Of a stretch of DNA of 64,000 nucleotides, positions 58,710 through 64,000 are shown piece after piece. The DNA is from Patescibacteria group bacterium. Lineage in GTDB: Bacteria; Patescibacteriota; Microgenomatia; UBA1400; PJMF01. The notes under the pieces are model-generated. The model did no database searches. It had not been told where the DNA came from and saw only the letters and a list, made by a program, of their open reading frames with translations. Positions within the stretch are counted from its first letter, which is position 1, and every line of letters begins with the position of its first letter. The position numbers and the translations under genes were made by a program. Where the stretch lies: NCBI GenBank assembly GCA_049322575.1, contig JBMORQ010000027.1, forward strand, positions 87,081-151,080, given 5' to 3'.

Positions 58710-61481
58710 ATGTCAGACACAACCCAAAATTCCTATAAAGCCAGCCACATTAAGGTCCTGGAAGGCCTAGAGCCCGTCCGCAAGAGGCCTGGAATGTATA
58801 TCGGTTCGACCGATAGCAAAGGCCTACATCACCTAGCGAAAGAAATTCTCGACAACGCTGTGGACGAAGCCATCGCAGGATTTGGCAAAAACATTCAACT
58901 TTTCCGTAGCAACACCACCGAGGCCGAACAAAAACTGGCCAATAACCCTGATCTTGGCGACGAGGTAATCACCGTAGTTGATAACGGTCGTGGTATACCG
59001 GTCGAAATGCACGAATCAGGCGTTTCTGCCCTCGAGGTGGTCATGACAAAACTTCACGCTGGAGGTAAGTTTGAAGAAACCGCCTACCAAGCATCTGGAG
59101 GTCTTCATGGCGTGGGTTCGTCTGCCGTTAATGCTTTGTCTGCACTAATGCAAGTTGTTGTTAAACGCGACAGTAGATACTACTACCAGTGGTATAGCAA
59201 AGGTGTTCCGGGACAAAAAGTCAGTGAAATTACTCTCGAAGAGGTTAAACAAATTTTTCCTGATCAATTAAGTAGCTTCACCAGCTATCAAACCGGTACC
59301 ATCGTTAAATTTATTCCCGACAAAACCATCTTTTCCACCACCACCTTTGGTCACAACACCTTAGTTCAAATCATCAAAGATCGTGCCTACCTGATGGCCG
59401 GTATTTATTTTGAACTCAATGACCTAATTGCCGGAGTTAATAAGCACTATTACTTCGAGGGTGGTATTCGCTCCTTGGTTGAACACCTCAACATGAGCAA
59501 AAAAGCGCTGCATGATGTTTTCTATGTCTCTGGAGTTTGGCAAGACGAAACAACTCATAAAAAAATCGGGGTTGAGGCTGCCTTGCAATACAACGATAGC
59601 TACAACGAAAAAGTTGAAAGCTATGTCAACGTTATCAACACCCCGGACGGCGGCACCCACGTTAATGGTTTTCGCACTGCATTAGGACGTGTTTTGCGCG
59701 ACTACGCTGAAAAAAACGGTTTGCTCAAGGAAAAGGAATCATTTGTTGCCGACGACTTGCGTGAAGGTTTAACAGCCGTGGTTTTTGTTAAAATGCCGGC
59801 CAACGACCTGCAGTTTGAATCTCAAACCAAGTCCAAACTCAACAACGCCGAGGCTCAAACCGCAGTTTATCAAATCTTCAAAGATAATTTTGTGACTTTT
59901 TTGGAAGAAAACCCCAAAGTCGGCCGCGAGATTGTAGGCAAAATCATGCTCTCAGCTCGCGCTCGCATGGCTGCTCGCGCTGCCAAGGATGCCGTCATCC
60001 GCAAGGGTTTACTCGAGGGCAACTCTCTGCCAGGAAAGTTAGCAGATTGTCAAAGCCACGAGGCCGCCGAGTCGGAGATTTATATTGTTGAGGGAGATAG
60101 TGCTGGTGGCTGTTTCTCTGGTGACACTAAAGTTGCATTGGCTGACGGTAGAAATCTAAGTTTCCTTGAAATAATTTCTGAACAAAATCAAGGTAAAAAA
60201 CATTTTTGCTACACCATTCGCAGAGACGGAAAAATTGGATTAGCTCCAGTTATCAATCCACGTCAAACAAAGGCTAGCGCAACTGTCATCAAATTAACCC
60301 TAGATTCTGGTGAAACAATTGTCTGCACCCCAGACCACAGATTCATGCTCCGAACTGGCAAATACTGCAGAGCTGACAAGCTTACAACCCAAGATTCAAT
60401 CATGCCTTTGTATAAAAAAATATCAGATAGGAAACAGAAGGGCATAACGATTGATGGTTATGAAATGGTTTGGGATCCTAAATCAAACCAATGGCTTTTC
60501 ACTCATAAACTAGCACAATGGACAAGTGAATTCAGACAAAAAAGGAAAGAGACTTTGGGAAACACATACTTCCACAAAACGCTCTCCTGTATGAAAAATT
60601 TTGTCCAAGACAGTGGCTTGATTGATCTAGCCGCATATGCCGAACACCGACGATCTGTTAATGATAAAACCCTCCTTAAATTTGAAACTTTCACACAAAA
60701 ATATTTTGGTGGTGATCAAATTTCTTCTCTAGAGGTCATAGCAAATTATAATCACAAAATTGTTAAAGTCGAAAAACTATCGGAAAAAATTCCAGTTTAC
60801 GATATCGAAGTTCCTGGATCACACAATTTTGCTTTGTCTTCTGGAGTATTTGTTCACAATAGTGCCAAGCAAGGCCGCGACCGCCGTTTTCAAGCCATTT
60901 TCCCATTGCGTGGCAAAATCCTTAACACCGAGCGGGCCAGAATCGACAAAGTGGTGGCCTTCGAGGAACTCAAAAATCTCGTGATCGCTCTGGGCGCCGG
61001 TATTGGCGACACTTTTGATGCTGGTAAATTACGCTACCATCGCATTATTCTCATGAACGATGCTGATGTTGATGGCGAACACATCACCACTCTTGGCCTG
61101 ACTTTCTTCTTCCGCCATCTGCCCGCTATCGTCGAGCAAGGCTATCTTTACGTTGCCATGCCACCACTTTACAAAGTCACCCACAACAAAAAAGACAACT
61201 ATGTCTACACCGAAGAGGAAAAAGATGCTGCGGTCGCCGAGATCCAGAAGACATCACCCAACGCCAAAATTGAACTTCAGCGTTACAAAGGTTTGGGTGA
61301 GATGAACCCTGAGCAACTCTGGGAAACAACCATGAACCCTAAAACTCGAACCCTTAAAAAGGTAACTATCGCGGATGCCGCTAATGCTGATCGCACTTTC
61401 TCTGTTCTGATGGGGGACGAGGTTGCGCCACGCAAAAAGTTTATTCAAAGTCATGCCCAGTTAGCTGACTTGGATATTTAG
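58710..61481 (+). CDS. gyrB: DNA gyrase subunit B (intein-containing)
   Basis: LEPVRKRPGMYIG, GGLHGVG, EGDSAGG/SAKQGR, PLRGKILN, DADVDG, RYKGLGEMN. Confidence 0.96.
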   Translation: MSDTTQNSYKASHIKVLEGLEPVRKRPGMYIGSTDSKGLHHLAKEILDNAVDEAIAGFGKNIQLFRSNTTEAEQKLANNPDLGDEVITVVDNGRGIPVEMHESGVSALEVVMTKLHAGGKFEETAYQASGGLHGVGSSAVNALSALMQVVVKRDSRYYYQWYSKGVPGQKVSEITLEEVKQIFPDQLSSFTSYQTGTIVKFIPDKTIFSTTTFGHNTLVQIIKDRAYLMAGIYFELNDLIAGVNKHYYFEGGIRSLVEHLNMSKKALHDVFYVSGVWQDETTHKKIGVEAALQYNDSYNEKVESYVNVINTPDGGTHVNGFRTALGRVLRDYAEKNGLLKEKESFVADDLREGLTAVVFVKMPANDLQFESQTKSKLNNAEAQTAVYQIFKDNFVTFLEENPKVGREIVGKIMLSARARMAARAAKDAVIRKGLLEGNSLPGKLADCQSHEAAESEIYIVEGDSAGGCFSGDTKVALADGRNLSFLEIISEQNQGKKHFCYTIRRDGKIGLAPVINPRQTKASATVIKLTLDSGETIVCTPDHRFMLRTGKYCRADKLTTQDSIMPLYKKISDRKQKGITIDGYEMVWDPKSNQWLFTHKLAQWTSEFRQKRKETLGNTYFHKTLSCMKNFVQDSGLIDLAAYAEHRRSVNDKTLLKFETFTQKYFGGDQISSLEVIANYNHKIVKVEKLSEKIPVYDIEVPGSHNFALSSGVFVHNSAKQGRDRRFQAIFPLRGKILNTERARIDKVVAFEELKNLVIALGAGIGDTFDAGKLRYHRIILMNDADVDGEHITTLGLTFFFRHLPAIVEQGYLYVAMPPLYKVTHNKKDNYVYTEEEKDAAVAEIQKTSPNAKIELQRYKGLGEMNPEQLWETTMNPKTRTLKKVTIADAANADRTFSVLMGDEVAPRKKFIQSHAQLADLDI
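60111..60860 (+). mobile_element. GyrB intein (250 aa)
   Basis: Starts CFSGDTKV after EGDSAGG; block B CTPDHRF; ends VYDIEV..HNFAL..GVFVHN followed by Ser. Confidence 0.95.
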
Positions 61482-61521
61482 ACGATCATAAAAATCTGAG
61501 GAAGCCAAAAAGAAAGGAACT

Positions 61522-62469
61522 ATGTCAACCACTTACGTTCTTGGACACAAAAAACCTGATACTGATTCTGTGGCCGCTGCTATGGCTCTGACACATTTAT
61601 ATCAAAATCGCCCATGTTTTGGCTACTCCAACCCCGTAGCGGCTATCGCCGATCCGCTTAATCCCGAAACCAGTTTTTTGTTTGAAAAATTTGGCTTAAC
61701 AGCTCCCAAACTCATCACAGCAGCCGATATTCAAGCCGACGATCAAATCGTACTTGTCGATCACAACGAGGCCTCCCAGCGTCTGGATGGTCTTAACCCC
61801 GATCAAATTGTCGAGATTGTTGATCACCACAAGGCTAATCTCAACTTGAGCAATCCCATTTTCATGACTTTCAAGACTTGGGGTTCTTCTTGCACCATCA
61901 TTTATTACCTGATGAAACAACAAGACTTAACACCTGAGAAAAATTTGGCATCTTTGATGCTAGCGGCAATTTTGTCTGACACAGTCGGTTTTAGAGGTCC
62001 AACCTGCACCGACAAGGATAAGGAAATTGGCCTGGAGCTGGCAAAAATTGCCGGAATTGACGATATCGACGCACTTGCCCTAGAAGTTTTGAAGGCTAAA
62101 TCAGACGTTTCTAAACTTTCTGACCTCGAAATCGTACGCAACGACTACAAAGTTTTTGAGTTTGCACAACCAACTTTTATTGACCAGCTCGAAACCGTCG
62201 AACAAGAAAAGGTCCTGACAGAGAAAAAAGCCTCGCTCTTGCAAGCCATGCAACAAGTCAAAGACGAAGAAAAAGTCAGTTTGCTTTTTGTGGCAATCAG
62301 CGACACCCTTAAACTCAACACCAAATTGTTAATTCTTGGTGAGAGTGAGCGCCAAGTGGCAGAGAAGGCCTTTGGCGGTCAAACACAAGACAATGTTTTA
62401 GATATTGGCTCAAGAATGTCACGTAAAAAGGAAATTGCACCAGCAATTGAGAAAGCATTGGCTGCCTAA
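61522..62469 (+). CDS. ppaC: Mn-dependent (family II) inorganic pyrophosphatase
   Basis: [29 protein letters not shown]. Confidence 0.95.
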   Translation: MSTTYVLGHKKPDTDSVAAAMALTHLYQNRPCFGYSNPVAAIADPLNPETSFLFEKFGLTAPKLITAADIQADDQIVLVDHNEASQRLDGLNPDQIVEIVDHHKANLNLSNPIFMTFKTWGSSCTIIYYLMKQQDLTPEKNLASLMLAAILSDTVGFRGPTCTDKDKEIGLELAKIAGIDDIDALALEVLKAKSDVSKLSDLEIVRNDYKVFEFAQPTFIDQLETVEQEKVLTEKKASLLQAMQQVKDEEKVSLLFVAISDTLKLNTKLLILGESERQVAEKAFGGQTQDNVLDIGSRMSRKKEIAPAIEKALAA

Positions 62470-62501
62470 CTTTAGCATGCCAAAAAATCAGTAAGAAAAA
62501 T

Positions 62502-64000
62502 ATGTCCGACCAAGACCCAAAAAACCAACCAGAAAAAATCGAGATCGTCGATCTTGAACAAGAACAACGAAAATTTGAAGAAACTGAGGCAGAGTCGGTT
62601 AATGACGATCTTAATGATGATTCCCTCATTGGGACAGTCACCGATTCAAAGTTTGGCAAACTGAAACACATTTCGATCGTCGAGGAAATGGAAAAATCTT
62701 ACCTCGACTATGCCATGAGCGTCATCGTAGCTCGTGCCTTACCTGATGTGAGAGATGGTTTAAAGCCGGTCCACCGTCGTATTCTTTTTTCGATGTTTCG
62801 TAGCGGTATTCATCACAACAGTGCTTACAAAAAATCCGCTCGTATTGTCGGTGATGTTTTAGGTAAGTACCATCCTCATGGTGATTCGTCCGTCTACATG
62901 GCTTTGGTGCGCTTGGCCCAAGACTTTAGCATGCGCTATCCTCTGATTGACGGCCAGGGAAACTTTGGTTCAATTGATGGGGACAGCCCTGCAGCCATGC
63001 GTTACACCGAGGCACGTCTAGCAAAAATTTCTCAAGAACTTTTGGCTGATATTAACAAAAAAACCGTCAAACACGTCGACAACTTTGACGGCTCTCTCCA
63101 GGAACCAGCCGTTCTCCCAACCCGTTTGCCAAATCTCTTGCTGATGGGCTCAGAAGGCATTGCTGTGGGTATGGCTACCAAAATCCCACCTCACAATTTA
63201 ACGGAAGTCTCAAATGCCATCATCGAAATGATCCAAAAGGGTAGAGCAGAGGTTGAAACCAAGCTTGTCTTCCCACCAGCCGAGGTTGCCGGCAAAGAAA
63301 AAATTACCAACCCAGAGCTAATTGACTTTGTGATTAAAACAGAAGCCGCAACACTTGCAGGTAAATTCGAGAGTGACATTACTTTCGATGAGATCATGAC
63401 CCACATCAACGGTCCGGACTTTCCTACAGCCGGCATTATTTATGACTTTAACGCCATTAAACAAGCTTATCAACTTGGTCGTGGCAGGATCGTCATCCGG
63501 GCCAAGACCTCAATCGAGGAATCCGGCAAAGGCTACCAAATTGTAGTGACCGAACTTCCTTACCAAGTCAACAAAGCCAAATTACTCATGAAAATTGCCG
63601 ACTTGGTCAAAGATAAGAAAATTATCGGCATCAAAAATTTACGCGATGACTCGGACCGCAAGGGTATGCAGGTAACCATCGAGCTTAAACGCGATGCCCG
63701 ACCCAAAGTCATTCTCAACAAACTTTTTAAGTACTCAGATCTGCAAACGACCTTCTCTCTCAATATTGTTGCTCTAAACAGCGAGGGCACCCCTCAGCTG
63801 ATGAACATCCGTCAGATCCTCAAGGAGTATATTCTTCACCGTCAGTTGGTTATCGTCAGACGTAGCCAGTTTGATCTCGGGGAAGCCCGTGATCGCGCCC
63901 ATATCCTAGAAGGCTTGCTGATCGCCTTGGCTAACCTCGATGAAGTAATTGAGACCATTCGCCGCTCACCAGACACCCAAACCGCTCACGATGCTTTAAT
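62502..64000 (+). CDS. gyrA: DNA gyrase subunit A (runs off window end)
   Basis: Translated by hand: [51 protein letters not shown]. Confidence 0.96.
   Translation, partial: MSDQDPKNQPEKIEIVDLEQEQRKFEETEAESVNDDLNDDSLIGTVTDSKFGKLKHISIVEEMEKSYLDYAMSVIVARALPDVRDGLKPVHRRILFSMFRSGIHHNSAYKKSARIVGDVLGKYHPHGDSSVYMALVRLAQDFSMRYPLIDGQGNFGSIDGDSPAAMRYTEARLAKISQELLADINKKTVKHVDNFDGSLQEPAVLPTRLPNLLLMGSEGIAVGMATKIPPHNLTEVSNAIIEMIQKGRAEVETKLVFPPAEVAGKEKITNPELIDFVIKTEAATLAGKFESDITFDEIMTHINGPDFPTAGIIYDFNAIKQAYQLGRGRIVIRAKTSIEESGKGYQIVVTELPYQVNKAKLLMKIADLVKDKKIIGIKNLRDDSDRKGMQVTIELKRDARPKVILNKLFKYSDLQTTFSLNIVALNSEGTPQLMNIRQILKEYILHRQLVIVRRSQFDLGEARDRAHILEGLLIALANLDEVIETIRRSPDTQTAHDAL

Noticed and set aside
62477-62494. 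Mini-ORF MPKNQ before gyrA as a leader peptide
   Set aside because: No regulatory codon run or attenuator structure
512-63790. Numerous 60-190 aa alternative-frame and antisense ORFs in the track
   Set aside because: They overlap well-supported genes and have no motifs, so they are treated as shadows; no prophage, defence or transposase genes were recognised

Overview
This window is chromosomal DNA from a reduced-genome bacterium, most likely CPR/Patescibacteria (Microgenomates-like). That is inferred from the short PheT and trigger factor, the DUF5660-like gene, and a type IV pilus set with no secretin in the window. It carries housekeeping genes (lon, tpiA, pcrA/uvrD, femX, pyrH, gap, tig, tRNA-Val, infC-rpmI-rplT, pheST, PBP1A, tyrS, recG, folC, rpmF-nusB-ACP-like-rnc, rpsP-khpA, holB, gyrB with an intein, ppaC, gyrA), a membrane glycosylation cluster (2.9-12.4 kb), and a split type IV pilus locus around an orphan surface-protein island. 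The main signals not in the ORF track are: (1) a complete Phe-leader-peptide transcription attenuator in front of pheST; (2) a family of about 9 intergenic MITE-like elements, with the same orientation wherever it can be assigned; (3) many apparently leaderless genes; (4) an acyl-carrier-protein homolog lacking its phosphopantetheine serine; (5) a long RNA rod in the rpmF-nusB-rnc leader; (6) an AT-rich, possibly swappable cassette spanning three surface-protein genes; (7) a GyrB intein that has lost its HNH core. All calls come from reading the sequence; no database search was run.
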